In this document: in pieces, positions 19,448-30,462 of the stretch
Numbering within the stretch: position 1 is the first letter of the stretch
Layout: each line of letters opens with the position of its first letter
Source: Patescibacteria group bacterium
GTDB taxonomy: Bacteria; Patescibacteriota; Minisyncoccia; Phycocordibacterales; UBA918
Direction of reading: 5' to 3'
Assembly: GCA_040386275.1 (NCBI GenBank)
Contig: JAZKFU010000005.1
Span: 7,378 to 71,377, forward strand
DNA length: 64,000 bases
Notes under the pieces: generated by a model
Told to the model about the DNA's origin: nothing
What the model saw: the letters and a program-made list of their open reading frames with translations, nothing else
Databases searched by the model: none
Position numbers and translations under genes: made by a program

Positions 19448-21649
19448 TTAAGCAAAGTTTATACCTAACTGCGCGCCATACACGGTATTGTCAGACCATT
19501 TACGCCACATTTTAAGCGAAGAAGGATTGGCAGAGGTAGCATGAATAACATTAGCTTCAATATTGTTTCGTATTTCTTCCAATTGTGATGAGTTGATAGC
19601 ACCAGTTTTCATTTTTTCTTCTACCATTTGTGGTGTTAAGTACTGTGCCATTGCTGGCTTTGTAAACACCTCGGTCGGCATTTTAGCAATATCTTGAACA
19701 CTTCGGTTCATAAGTTTTTGTCTTTGTTTGCTTGTAACGGTAGTAGAAGAAGCTGCTGAAGGAATGGATCCAGACGTTATGCTATGACCAGTTGCGGCAA
19801 TATTAGTAAAGGCATTAGTACGGGAGGCTTTAATTTCTGAAATCTCTTGTCTTGAGAATTTACCTGACTTTTCCAATGATTCGATGTGACCGTCAGTTAA
19901 ATGAGCTGCAATTTGAGTACTTTTAAGTTTGTTTATACCCAAATCAGTGCGCTGTTCATCACTCATCTCTTTAATAGTTTTGCCAAGTGTTTCAAAGGCT
20001 GAGTTCAATTCATCAGCAGTGGCTGATGTTTTAGCGAGAGTAGAGTCGGCATTTTTAAATGAGTTTACCCGTTCAATATCATCTCCTTTACGTTCATCAG
20101 CTCTGCGAGTTTGGTCTGCTCTAGCACTAATTCCAGCAGCATATTTTCTTTGCTCTTTATTTGAGCCAACTGTTCCTAATTTTGCATTACTAGCTGATTC
20201 AGCTGCGCCCCGTAAAGCACGATCAACTGTATTAGTGCTTGCTAATTTTCCTAATACACCCCCTCTCGCCTGGAGCCTGTTAAGACCACGCTCTGACATT
20301 TCTCCCGCCTTATTTACAGCCATCCGTGTACCAGCACGTGGCATGTAGGTAATGGCATTTTTAGCTCGACCAGTAATATTTTTTCCAAATGATGCAGTCA
20401 TCGTGGCACCGTGTGCGCCCATTTTTTTAGCTACCACAATAGAGGCTACTAAAAAGACAATCACCATCGCAAAAAATGGAATGGTTGGATCAATCGCAGA
20501 AGTGCTACCGGCAAATCCACCTTGAGAACCGTCTTGCGTTGTGCCAAACACGTAGGCAAAACTTCTTTGACTTGAAGGAAAGGACGAGGCAACTCTATAG
20601 GATAGATAGAGCATAAACATAAACGCTGGTGCAAAAAATGCTTGGCGGAGGAATCCACTCCAGTAGTCACGGGAATAATGTTGAAGGGCAGGAAATACCC
20701 ACCCAAGAAACATAAAAGGTGAAAAAACCATATAGATACACAATACGACGAATCGAATCATTATCATTAACGCGCCCGCTAAAAATACGTATCCTAAAAC
20801 CAATAGTACTATTGCCAGACCGACAACATATTGATATCCACCTTCAGTTTGAATATACGAAACTCCCAAAATCTCATTAATACCCATTAAATTTTTGAAC
20901 GATTCCGTTAGACTAAAAACTCCCGGACTAGTGCCCGCAAAAGCCGTATATATTTGATACGCAGCTATATTAGAAAAATCAACGACAAATTTAGTTATAA
21001 ATAAACTAAAGTTTACCAAGAGAGCTGCTCCTATTAAAGACACGAGCATTTTTCGAGCACTACTGTCACTACTGTCTAAAATCATTTTAAACCCGATATA
21101 CACGAGTCCAAAAATAAACGTTAGATTAAAAATATCGCGAACAGTGGTCCATAAGTTGTCTATGTTTTGACCGATATTTTGATTCAAATACAATTCCCCA
21201 AAACCGATAATAAAATTATTTACGGAGTAGTCAAACATGTACCCTATCTGACCTACCACCCACCCTAAGCCGGTGACAAAGATGGCGTGTAGTAGTAAAA
21301 GTACAGGGTCACTCGTTCCTCCTGTTTGCACTAAGGGTACCGGTTCTGTTTGATTTGCACTCCCCGAATAATCGTCACCATAAGGCACATTTCCTGCTCC
21401 AGTTCCGCCTGTGGCCCCACCACCTGTGCCGGCACCGGGTCCGTTACCTCCAACTGGAAATGTTCCAGGTCCTCCAACAGGTATTGGTGGAGGATTAGCT
21501 GCACCGCCTGAATCAGCTCCTCCGCCTTGAGCAAGTACCTGAGCAAAACTGCTTAAGAAGAGTGTACTTAATATTAAGAGTAAAAAGACAAAGGAAATAC
21601 CCCGTTTACCTAATTTATCTCCACTGAAAATACCGACCAAATAAGTCAT
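19448..21649 (-). CDS. Polytopic membrane protein, VirB6/TrbL-like, with Gly-rich N-terminus and long C-terminal hydrophilic extension
   Basis: Signal/TM, GGxG-rich segment, 6-7 TM helices, 733 aa; architecture of VirB6/TrbL. Confidence 0.5.
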   Translation of the reverse strand: MTYLVGIFSGDKLGKRGISFVFLLLILSTLFLSSFAQVLAQGGGADSGGAANPPPIPVGGPGTFPVGGNGPGAGTGGGATGGTGAGNVPYGDDYSGSANQTEPVPLVQTGGTSDPVLLLLHAIFVTGLGWVVGQIGYMFDYSVNNFIIGFGELYLNQNIGQNIDNLWTTVRDIFNLTFIFGLVYIGFKMILDSSDSSARKMLVSLIGAALLVNFSLFITKFVVDFSNIAAYQIYTAFAGTSPGVFSLTESFKNLMGINEILGVSYIQTEGGYQYVVGLAIVLLVLGYVFLAGALMIMIRFVVLCIYMVFSPFMFLGWVFPALQHYSRDYWSGFLRQAFFAPAFMFMLYLSYRVASSFPSSQRSFAYVFGTTQDGSQGGFAGSTSAIDPTIPFFAMVIVFLVASIVVAKKMGAHGATMTASFGKNITGRAKNAITYMPRAGTRMAVNKAGEMSERGLNRLQARGGVLGKLASTNTVDRALRGAAESASNAKLGTVGSNKEQRKYAAGISARADQTRRADERKGDDIERVNSFKNADSTLAKTSATADELNSAFETLGKTIKEMSDEQRTDLGINKLKSTQIAAHLTDGHIESLEKSGKFSRQEISEIKASRTNAFTNIAATGHSITSGSIPSAASSTTVTSKQRQKLMNRSVQDIAKMPTEVFTKPAMAQYLTPQMVEEKMKTGAINSSQLEEIRNNIEANVIHATSANPSSLKMWRKWSDNTVYGAQLGINFA

Positions 21650-21701
21650 TACATTAATATTCTAGCACTGCTACCGCTTCGTTTACCTAGGTTAACCACT
21701 A

Positions 21702-23390
21702 CTAAAGGTTAAGTGCTTGTCGCCAACGGGTACGATTCTGGTCTATGGTTAATTGAGTGGTAAGAGTGCCTCCAGTGACCAATGTAGAGTATTCTAATGC
21801 CACATCATTTCGTATTGAGGTAGGTGATGATGTTGAAGCACTTGAGCCAATAACCGGCACGTCAGCATTGTTGTACCTCGAAATTAAGCTAGTAAGTCTA
21901 GAAACATTGGCGGTAGTTCTTGGAACAATCACATTGAGTTCTGAAACAAGGGTTGTAAGTTGGGTAACCACCCGTGCTCCTTCTGCTTCAAGTCTGGTAA
22001 AGGTAAAGGTTGGTAACGTTGTGGCAAGCGTTCTGTCGTCAGACATGGTAGCGATGACACTTAAAGCATTGCTAATAGTGTCTAATTGAGTTTGTACTAC
22101 GGTTAGGTCGGCTCGCTCTTGAGTAGTGGGGCTATCACTAAGGGCCGTGGAAACCTTACTACGAGCGCTCGTGAGGGTGTCTGAGCGGGTGATGTTGGCG
22201 AGGTTGGTGCCGGGGTTACCAGCAGCAAATAAGTTGGTAATGGCACTTTGACTGGCTGCTACCAGGCTTAATCTTCGGCTGGCTTCACTTAAGGTGCCCG
22301 AAGTCAGAGTGAGATAAGACTGTTCGGTTGTAAGAGAAGTTTGCATTTGTGACAGAGTGGCACTAGTGTTTAGTGATCCCTGGTCAACCATATCATCAAG
22401 GTAGGCACGAGTGCTTGATCCATTCAAACTGTAATCAGTATACCCAGTACCCTCACTTAGTCCCAACAGACCATTAATTCCCTCCATGGCAGCGGTTACG
22501 AGTTGATTTAACAGTGCGCCAATAAGTTCGTTAATTTCGTCTGCTTCAATAAGAGAGCGTGGTCCGGTTGAAAGTTGAAAGGTTAGTGCTTCAGAAATTA
22601 CTTGTCCCGGGGTTGAAATAGTACAGTTTTCTCGACCGCCACTACCTTCAATAGTCTCACATATTTTTTTTGATAAAAAACCATCTCCCCAGCTCGCCAC
22701 CTCAATTTCCTGGCCAGCTTCATTTTTTAATTTAATATTAAGTCGAGCCTGCGCTTCAAGGTAGGCCCCATAGGGAGTGTTTTGTGGACTACTCGTAACA
22801 TCTAGCCACTCTCCCCACCCTCCATCAGAAACTCCCGCAAAAAAACCTTCAATATTATTGGCTATATCAGAGAGTCTACAAGCGGGTGCGGTTGGTCCTG
22901 AGGGCATTCCACTGCGTGCTTGAGCGTAGGAAACGCTCAAAGCAGCTTGCACATCCAATCGAAACGGCGAACAAATAAATTCACCAATTCCACCGAGACT
23001 TCTTATATATTCTCCAGCTGCAGTATCCAAGGCATCAAGTAAAAAAGCGTTTAAATCGGTAATAAACGCGGGACTACCTTCAAAGCCCGAGTTAATCCAG
23101 TTAATCAAACTGCGAGTCATGCTACTGACCATTTGTTTGGCAATGGCCCAGCCAATTCCGTCAAGAACAGTTTCTTTTAATACTAAGCTATTAACACCAA
23201 CCGCCGTAGCTGCGTTTGATAATGCCGATGATGCTAATTCCGCTTGTTGGACAATCTGCATTCCTAATGTCGCTCCCCCGCCTGCTCCTCCCGCTTCTGC
23301 TTTATGGGTCGGTACCGAAACAGCAAAGACAGTCATGAGCAAGAAGCATGACAATGCAAGGACAGAATATTTTTTAAGGCGGTAATACAT
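21702..23390 (-). CDS. Large secreted protein (562 aa) with Ser/Thr-rich C-terminus
   Basis: Signal peptide MYYRLKKYSVLALSCFLLMTVFAVSVPTHKAEA. Confidence 0.55.
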   Translation of the reverse strand: MYYRLKKYSVLALSCFLLMTVFAVSVPTHKAEAGGAGGGATLGMQIVQQAELASSALSNAATAVGVNSLVLKETVLDGIGWAIAKQMVSSMTRSLINWINSGFEGSPAFITDLNAFLLDALDTAAGEYIRSLGGIGEFICSPFRLDVQAALSVSYAQARSGMPSGPTAPACRLSDIANNIEGFFAGVSDGGWGEWLDVTSSPQNTPYGAYLEAQARLNIKLKNEAGQEIEVASWGDGFLSKKICETIEGSGGRENCTISTPGQVISEALTFQLSTGPRSLIEADEINELIGALLNQLVTAAMEGINGLLGLSEGTGYTDYSLNGSSTRAYLDDMVDQGSLNTSATLSQMQTSLTTEQSYLTLTSGTLSEASRRLSLVAASQSAITNLFAAGNPGTNLANITRSDTLTSARSKVSTALSDSPTTQERADLTVVQTQLDTISNALSVIATMSDDRTLATTLPTFTFTRLEAEGARVVTQLTTLVSELNVIVPRTTANVSRLTSLISRYNNADVPVIGSSASTSSPTSIRNDVALEYSTLVTGGTLTTQLTIDQNRTRWRQALNL

Positions 23391-23391
23391 A

Positions 23392-24288
23392 TTAATATTT
23401 AGGGCTAAAGGCTAAGAACACAAAGGCAGGGTCCCTTTCGGTAAATAAACGTACATGTGGCATAAAGGCGCTGTACATATTTTGCAAGGCAATCCCAAGA
23501 CCCTTGGTATCGTCTTGGTACCGTCGCACTCGTAATAACGCCACTACCGGATCGTCGTACACGAGTTTAAGTCCACTCAAGGTGGAATACATAGCTTGAT
23601 AGACATTGATCAAATCAAGATGCTGTTTTTCAAACCCCGTAGGCACTGGAGTGGCGAGCGTTTGATCACGGAGGTTTTTATACATCGTGATGAGCGGGTC
23701 TAGTTTCTTTAGTTCTTCTGGGTTTTCGGTTTGCAAAGCCCGTTCAATAATCGCCAGGTCGCTATCTCCCTTTACGTTATTATTGATAATAATTTGACCT
23801 AATGTGTTTGCGTACGTTCTTATAGCTTCGTCATTGGTACCAATAACTTGAATTTGATTAAGTTTAAAAATATAGTCGTTCATGGCGGTGCTACGAAGCA
23901 TTTCCGCGGTATCGGCTACTACTTGTTGCGGATTTGGGCCAACATTACCTCGGCCTTTAGCCTGCAGTACATTTTGAAATAGTTGAATCCCCACTTGATC
24001 CGTCAGTGAGGTTGGTGGTGTGTATTGTACTGGTCCTGCTACATCTGAATTATCAATAATTATAGGCGTATTATTAACAAATTCCTCTCGCCAATCTTCA
24101 ATTCCATTATCGTCAGCGTCGATAACTGGAATGTAATTTCGGGCGGCAGCTGGACTAGCGCCTAATCCATACACCGGTTCATTTTGAGTATCAATCCGAG
24201 GAGCATTAAAGTTACTGATGGTATAGGCACCAGCAACCAGCGCAAAACCAACCACAAATGCGCCGAGAATTTTTGGATTATATGCCAT
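23392..24288 (-). CDS. Membrane-anchored extracytoplasmic protein (298 aa)
   Basis: N-terminal TM MAYNPKILGAFVVGFALVAGAY; 1-nt spacing to downstream gene. Confidence 0.5.
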   Translation of the reverse strand: MAYNPKILGAFVVGFALVAGAYTISNFNAPRIDTQNEPVYGLGASPAAARNYIPVIDADDNGIEDWREEFVNNTPIIIDNSDVAGPVQYTPPTSLTDQVGIQLFQNVLQAKGRGNVGPNPQQVVADTAEMLRSTAMNDYIFKLNQIQVIGTNDEAIRTYANTLGQIIINNNVKGDSDLAIIERALQTENPEELKKLDPLITMYKNLRDQTLATPVPTGFEKQHLDLINVYQAMYSTLSGLKLVYDDPVVALLRVRRYQDDTKGLGIALQNMYSAFMPHVRLFTERDPAFVFLAFSPKY

Positions 24289-24359
24289 TACGAATTATTA
24301 TAGCAACTACAAGGATTACTTTTAGCCTAGTAGTGTATAAGTTGTGTAAATCTTGTTGA

Positions 24360-25250
24360 TTACTCTGTCGATAACACTTGCGTAAGGTTGGGTATATGGA
24401 TGAGATGTTTAGTTAATGAAAGCCATGTGGGGAGCGGTAGGGTTTCGGCGCGGGCGTCTAGTCGTATTTTGAGGGTGGTAAAAAGTTGCTCAAGGGTACC
24501 CCGGTCGTAGCGATGAGAAAAATTAGACAGTAATTGCTTACGTTTTTGACCAAAACCCAGATGCAGGAGTTCAAAAAACAGCTGTTGTTCCGCGACCGAA
24601 GCAAAATTATTGGTGGTAATGTCGCTCACTCGTAAAATTGCCGAATCAACCTTCGGTTTTGGGTTAAAATGGCCTCGCGTAACGGTTTTTATGTACTTAG
24701 GGACGCCAAAAGCCTGTACCGACAGTGATAAAATAGACGATTTACTCGCTCTGGCAATCCGCTCCACTACCTCTTTTTGCATTAAAAACACTAATTGGGA
24801 GGGTTGAATCGGGTTTTCAAGGAAGGTTCGCAATAAAAACCCCGATAAATAGTACGGAATATTAGCCACTACTTTAAATTGCTGGTGTGTAAGACCTAAA
24901 TCACTCACCGAAAGCTCCCGGGCATCAAAATGTATTAGGGTTAGCTGTTTTGAGGTTATGTAGTCTTTAAATACATCTTCTAAAATAACTACCGCCCGAT
25001 TATCAGCTTCTAAGGCTATTACGTTTGCTCCCGTTGCCAACAGCGACTTAGTTAAGGCTCCTGTTCCAGGGCCAATTTCTATCACGGTATCGTTACGCGT
25101 TACTTCCCCAGCTTCGGTGAGCCATTTGGGCACTACATCGCTCGTAAGAAAATTTTGCCCGAGGGATTTTTTATGCAAAAATTTCTCCACCCCCTCCCCC
25201 TCTTCTGTATGTCCATAATGAGTACGCTTCATATACCCCCGAGCATACAT
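24360..25250 (-). CDS. rsmA: 16S rRNA (adenine1518/1519-N6)-dimethyltransferase RsmA/KsgA
   Basis: LGQNFL motif and SAM-binding EIGPGTGALT. Confidence 0.9.
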   Translation of the reverse strand: MYARGYMKRTHYGHTEEGEGVEKFLHKKSLGQNFLTSDVVPKWLTEAGEVTRNDTVIEIGPGTGALTKSLLATGANVIALEADNRAVVILEDVFKDYITSKQLTLIHFDARELSVSDLGLTHQQFKVVANIPYYLSGFLLRTFLENPIQPSQLVFLMQKEVVERIARASKSSILSLSVQAFGVPKYIKTVTRGHFNPKPKVDSAILRVSDITTNNFASVAEQQLFFELLHLGFGQKRKQLLSNFSHRYDRGTLEQLFTTLKIRLDARAETLPLPTWLSLTKHLIHIPNLTQVLSTE

Positions 25251-25424
25251 ATATATGTACTTAATTACAAGAGAATGTTGAATATTAAATATGGGATAGA
25301 GAATATAGAAAATGGAATATTGAAAAGTGAAGAGTTTAAAGAAATAAATTCAAAATAGAAGTAAACGAATCAACAAATGTTACCCTGCATAAAAGGACGC
25401 TCATAAATGAGTGCAATTCAAGGC

Positions 25425-25510
25425 AACCAAGTAAAATGGACTGAGCCGTACTTTTTGTACGGTGAAGAGCATTTTGCGCGGGTTAACGCAGAAGTGTGCC
25501 ATTTATGCGT
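25425..25510 (+). repeat. Intergenic repeat element, A module copy 2
   Basis: gagccgtactttttgtacggtgaagagcattttgcgcgg...acgcagaagtgtgcc aligns with 1925-2010. Confidence 0.65.
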
Positions 25511-25519
25511 GTCCGCTCC

Positions 25520-27481
25520 TTAGTCGAGGAAGATTGTGGTCTCGTAACCGGATGAAGTATTCCCCCACCCTCTCGGGTTCTCACTCTCCACGTATTCTTT
25601 ACTAATATCATTAATAAATGTCGAAGGCACATTTACTTTTTGGGTTCCATAAATGGTGCGCATATGTGCGTAGGTCAAATACACTTTTTTCTCTGCTCGC
25701 GTTAACGCTACATAAAATAACCGACGCTCTTCTTCGTGATCAATGCCGATGTCATCGAGGCGTTCATGAGGAAACAATCCTTGCTCAAGACCACACACAA
25801 ACACGTATGGGAATTCCAGTCCTTTTGCGGAGTGTACGGTCATAAGTCGTACTGCATTTAATTCCTCTTTGTCTTTAATTTCATCTTGATCACTTTGCAG
25901 AGCGGCATTTTCAAGTAAGGCCTCAACTGCATCTTCGGGACTGAGCTCGTCGTAACGGACAGCCAGGGTAACAAGCTCCTGAAGGTTTTCCAGACGAGAT
26001 AAATCATCCTCTGTTCCGTTCTTTTTTAATTCAGTTTCTATCCCGGTCCGCTTCATAATAAATTTTAGCGTCTCAGAAAGTACTTTGGTGCGGGCTTCAT
26101 CAGCAATATCGAGCATCATTTGATCAAATCGTTCCACTTTTTCTAAGGTGGCTCCTTTGAGTTCAGCCTTCTTGCCTTCCATAACTTTAAGCATCGTTAC
26201 TTTACCTATACCACGAGCTGGCTCATTAATTACCCGGGCTAAATCAGCGGTGCTGGTAGGATTTAAGGCTAACCGAAGGTACGATAATACGTCCTTAACT
26301 TCTTTACGTTCAAAGAATTTTGTACCCAAAAGCTGGTAGGAAACCCCGTAGTTAAGGAATGCTTCTTCTAGCACTCGAGATTGGAAGTTCGTTCGATAGA
26401 GCACGGCAATCTGGGATGGTTCTAGGCCGTCTTCGATAAGTTTTTTTGCGGTGCGGGCAATGTATTCAGCTTCGTCAGGACCAGTCATAGCGGCATAGAG
26501 GGATATTTTCTCCCCATCCCCATTACTGGTGAATACTTCTTTAGCAACGCGATTTTTATTTTTTTCAATGACATCATTTGACGCACCAATGATGTTTTTA
26601 GTGGAACGATAGTTTTCTTCAAGGAGTATGGTAGTAGCAGTAGGGAAAAACCTTTCAAACTGTAGTACGTTTTTAATATCTGCTCCTCGCCAGGAGTAAA
26701 TATTTTGGTCGATATCTCCCACGACGCATAAATTGTGACGTTCGCCAGTTAGTAATTTAGCAATTTCAAATTGTACGCGATTAGTATCTTGATACTCATC
26801 AACGTGAATGTATTGAAAACGGTTTTGCAGCGTTGTGCGTACAGTTTGGTTTTGTTCAATTAAACGTAAGGTTTTAATCAGTAAATCATCAAAATCTAAG
26901 GCGTGTTCTCCCTTCATTATTTCTTCATACTTCACCCAGACATCACCCGCTACCCGATCCGGATATGATGAGGCTTCGTCTTTAAAAGCAGCAGGTGATT
27001 TTGCATCACCTTTTGCTTTAGAAATTTTACTGAGAATTTTTCGGGGTTCAAATTCTTTTGGGTCGTTATTTGTAGCCTCCAGAGCCTGTTTGATGGCCCG
27101 TAAACTGTCACTTCGATCATAGATAGTGAAGTGACGACGTAATCCAACCGCTTCGTGGAACTCGCGTAAAATCCGGACTCCGAGGGCATGGAAGGTGGTG
27201 ACGGTGGGTAGTGAATTAACTACCGTTCCGTTTGAAGTGGGAAATTCATGAATCAATTTTTCTACCCGCTCGCGCATTTCTTTAGCTGCTTTATTGGTAA
27301 AGGTAACGGCTAAAATGTTGTGTGGGGCTACCCCGCCTTGGATTAAATGGACAATCCGATGAGTAATTACACGGGTTTTTCCTGAGCCGGCGCCGGCGAG
27401 AATAAGTAAAGGACCTTTCGTGTGCAATACGGCTTGTTTTTGAGGGGTATTTAAACCTGAAAAGTACGGTGCATCATTCAT
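25520..27481 (-). CDS. pcrA: ATP-dependent DNA helicase UvrD/PcrA
   Basis: Walker A AGAGSGKTRVITHRI, UvrD motifs, 653 aa. Confidence 0.93.
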   Translation of the reverse strand: MNDAPYFSGLNTPQKQAVLHTKGPLLILAGAGSGKTRVITHRIVHLIQGGVAPHNILAVTFTNKAAKEMRERVEKLIHEFPTSNGTVVNSLPTVTTFHALGVRILREFHEAVGLRRHFTIYDRSDSLRAIKQALEATNNDPKEFEPRKILSKISKAKGDAKSPAAFKDEASSYPDRVAGDVWVKYEEIMKGEHALDFDDLLIKTLRLIEQNQTVRTTLQNRFQYIHVDEYQDTNRVQFEIAKLLTGERHNLCVVGDIDQNIYSWRGADIKNVLQFERFFPTATTILLEENYRSTKNIIGASNDVIEKNKNRVAKEVFTSNGDGEKISLYAAMTGPDEAEYIARTAKKLIEDGLEPSQIAVLYRTNFQSRVLEEAFLNYGVSYQLLGTKFFERKEVKDVLSYLRLALNPTSTADLARVINEPARGIGKVTMLKVMEGKKAELKGATLEKVERFDQMMLDIADEARTKVLSETLKFIMKRTGIETELKKNGTEDDLSRLENLQELVTLAVRYDELSPEDAVEALLENAALQSDQDEIKDKEELNAVRLMTVHSAKGLEFPYVFVCGLEQGLFPHERLDDIGIDHEEERRLFYVALTRAEKKVYLTYAHMRTIYGTQKVNVPSTFINDISKEYVESENPRGWGNTSSGYETTIFLD

Positions 27482-27799
27482 AACGGTGACACTATACCAT
27501 ACCTGGTAAAAAAACCATTAATTAGATTTAATAAAGTGTCAATAGAATAAAAACAGTTATTTTTATACCTATTTCGACCCTTCCCTCCCTCGACTGGGGA
27601 AAGTGCATTACGTCAATTGTACTTACGGAAGACTCTAGTAGAATTAGCGCATTACCAACGTGTGGTAACGGCAGAAGAGCCTTTGGCTCTTTTTGTTTCG
27701 ACAAAATTTCCTGTAGCGGTTGTACGGCGGCGTGTCCATAACTTAACAACTATTCAACCAACTCCACCAAAGTCCAAAACAATTCTCGTACTTGACCGT

Positions 27800-28849
27800 A
27801 TGGTTGCTCGGATGAAACATAGAACAATTACAAAACGCCTCGCGCGATATAGTTTTGACGGTGTATTACTGATTGTATCGATTGTTGTCCCGTTATCTGT
27901 ACAAGCGGGTGTTTTCCCATCCTTTAAAGACGTGGGTGAAACTCCTCAAGTAACTGAATTTAATCCCACTGAATCATTAGTAGATGTAACGGTATTAACT
28001 GCCGCTCAAAATGCAGAACCACACGATGCTCGAGGCGGATCTGATGTTTTAGCACAAGATGGGGTATTGGTTTCAACCGGTCCGGTAGGAGCGGATGAGA
28101 TTACCGCATCTCGCACCAATGGTGGAGAAATTAGTGTGTATGTAGTTCGGGCCGGGGATTCCCTTTCTGAGATTGCCGCTATGTTTGGCGTGACTTCAAA
28201 TACTATTTTATGGGCTAATGATTTGCCGCGCGCTTCAGCTATTAAGCCCGGTGACACATTAATTATTCTTCCTATTGCCGGTGTCAGACACGTGGTTAAA
28301 TCAGGTGATACACTTTCCAGTATTGCTAAAAAATACAAAGGAAACGCAGAAGAAATTTTGTCCTACAATCAATTAGAGAATAATAATGATTTAGCGATTG
28401 GCGATACGATTGTTATTCCAGGTGGTGCCCTGCACGTTGAATCAGCTCCTCTTTCTACAAAAACAGCCAAGAAGAGTAGCACCATTAAAAATACTGCGAC
28501 TGGGGGTAGTTCATTCTCGCATCCAATTCCAGGTGGAGTAAAAACTCAAGGTATCCATGGTTCAAACGGCGTCGACTTTGGAGCGGGTATTGGAACAACT
28601 ATTCGCGCAGCCGCTGCCGGACAAGTTATCGTTGCCAAGAGTACTGGCTGGAACGGAGGATATGGTAACTACATTGTAATTAAACATGCCAATGGTACGC
28701 AGACACTGTACGCCCACCTCTCTCGAGTTGATGTCGGAGTAGGTGCTTCAGTTGCTTCTGGAGAATCAATTGGTGCTTCAGGAAATAGTGGTAAGTCGAC
28801 GGGGCCACATCTTCACTTTGAAGTTCGTGGAGGAAAAAATCCTTTCTAA
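27800..28849 (+). CDS. LysM-domain M23 family metallopeptidase (start inferred at MVARMKHRT)
   Basis: Two LysM repeats (GDSLSEIAAMFGV..., GDTLSSIAKKYKG...), M23 motif ending GPHLHFEVR; TM anchor. Confidence 0.82.
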   Translation: MVARMKHRTITKRLARYSFDGVLLIVSIVVPLSVQAGVFPSFKDVGETPQVTEFNPTESLVDVTVLTAAQNAEPHDARGGSDVLAQDGVLVSTGPVGADEITASRTNGGEISVYVVRAGDSLSEIAAMFGVTSNTILWANDLPRASAIKPGDTLIILPIAGVRHVVKSGDTLSSIAKKYKGNAEEILSYNQLENNNDLAIGDTIVIPGGALHVESAPLSTKTAKKSSTIKNTATGGSSFSHPIPGGVKTQGIHGSNGVDFGAGIGTTIRAAAAGQVIVAKSTGWNGGYGNYIVIKHANGTQTLYAHLSRVDVGVGASVASGESIGASGNSGKSTGPHLHFEVRGGKNPF

Positions 28850-28852
28850 TTT

Positions 28853-28930
28853 CGGCGCATTCCGTTGTCGCTACAGAAAATGGCGTTCGTCGTATATTGA
28901 ATACGCCTCGCGCCATTTTTCTTAGGCTCC
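28853..28930 (-). repeat. Intergenic repeat element, A module copy 4 (inverted; hairpin replaced by CGTATtcaatATACG)
   Basis: Reverse complement contains cagtcctagg...acaacggaatgcgcc matching copy 1. Confidence 0.6.
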
Positions 28931-29183
28931 TAGGACTGCATCCAAAATAAGAAAGGATTATCTCGTTGCTCCAAAACTTTTCCTTGCGCGCCTCGACCTT
29001 CATTGTGTTGAGCAAGTTTGTATTTTACCAAATATTCTTATTGTATTACTAGTGTATAATTTTTAAATGAGTCGTATCTGGCCGCTCTTTTGTAGTCCTG
29101 GTAACTGTTTTTTACATAGTTTGTTCCAGATTGCCGCAATTAATCTTTAGTATCAAACGCAAAACGTAGTATATACTTGTTAT

Positions 29184-29738
29184 ATGAAATTGCAGAACAA
29201 TGGTTTTACTTTACTGGAATTGCTAGTTGTTCTGACTATAATTGGAATGCTGGCTTCAATTGTGATTGCAAGTATTAGTGAGGCGCGCGAGAAAGGTCGC
29301 ATTGCAAAAGCACAGGCTGAACTGAACCAGTTATCGATAGCTATGGAACTACTCTTCAATGACACTGGATATTATCCATCTGGTGAACCAAACGTTACTA
29401 CGGTATGTGCCCGTACAATAGCGACAAATGAAATTCGTGCATCCTACCCACGTGCGGGACTTGTCTCCAATGGTCAAAGTTGGACTACCTGGAATGGACC
29501 ATACATTCGAATCGGGGACGACCCTTGGGGCACACCGTATTTTTTTGACAGCGATTACGAGTGTTCTCCTGAAGTGCTTGGTTGTAATGGTATCAATGAC
29601 AACGGGCAGCTTATCTCCTCGGTAATTATAAGTTGTGGCCCGAATAGAGACCTCACGGGTAGTGACGCGTCTGGAAATCTTCAGTGTGACAGTGATAGTG
29701 ATAATATTGTGTTTCGAATCTGCCGTAATGGTTACTAA
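29184..29738 (+). CDS. Type IV pilin / pseudopilin (prepilin-type N-terminal cleavage/methylation domain)
   Basis: MKLQNNGFTLLELLVVLTIIGMLASIV class III signal; Cys pairs in C-terminal domain. Confidence 0.82.
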   Translation: MKLQNNGFTLLELLVVLTIIGMLASIVIASISEAREKGRIAKAQAELNQLSIAMELLFNDTGYYPSGEPNVTTVCARTIATNEIRASYPRAGLVSNGQSWTTWNGPYIRIGDDPWGTPYFFDSDYECSPEVLGCNGINDNGQLISSVIISCGPNRDLTGSDASGNLQCDSDSDNIVFRICRNGY

Positions 29739-29865
29739 ATAAAAAACTCAAAATAGACTAATCTCTTCTTCAGATTAGAAATAGCTCGTCACCGTACTAA
29801 TGTAGGCTCTGAGTTTTTTGTTAATTTGCCTTCACTTCTATTCTAAAATTATTTTTGATATCCCA

Positions 29866-30462
29866 CTATAACTTTACTCGATATTGGAGGGCTTCGAATA
29901 AATGTTTGGGTTCTATTACGTGTATTCCCTCCAGGTCAGCTATTGTTTGCGCTACTTTTATTAAGCGGTGGTAACTGCGAGGTGAAAGATTTAGTTTAGC
30001 GGCAGAAGCTTTTAAGATGTCTTTTACTGGTGGAGTGAGTGTTATGACGTCGTCAATATCACGGCTCGACATGTGCGCGTTTACGGTAATGCCGCGGTTA
30101 TGTAATCGAGTCTCTTGCCGGTTGCGGGCGTTTACTATTTCTTTTCTAGCGTTTTGGGTCTCGCCTTTATTCATAGCTAGAGCGGTCAATGTGTCATACG
30201 GTATATGGGGTACTTCTATCCATAAGTCTATCCGATCTAAAATGGGACCTGATACTTTTTCCCGGTAAGTTTCTTTCATGGCGCGTGCTAAATCAGTAGT
30301 GCCATCATAACTCCCTCGGTATGGATTCATGGCTGCCACTAAAATAAAATCTGCGGGAAACAGCGCGGTGCCTTGTACTCGCGAAATACTAATAACTCTA
30401 TCTTCAAGCGGTTGACGTAACGCATCCAGTGAACGCCGATCAAATTCTGGGAATTCATCCAT
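29866..30462 (-). pseudogene. comM: comM/yifB (Mg-chelatase-like AAA ATPase) 3' fragment, C-terminal 198 aa, separated from its 5' part by a 12.4 kb insertion
   Basis: Starts MDEFPEFDRRSLDALRQPLE (ComM sensor/arginine-finger region); the matching N-terminal half is at 42794-43744. Confidence 0.85.
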
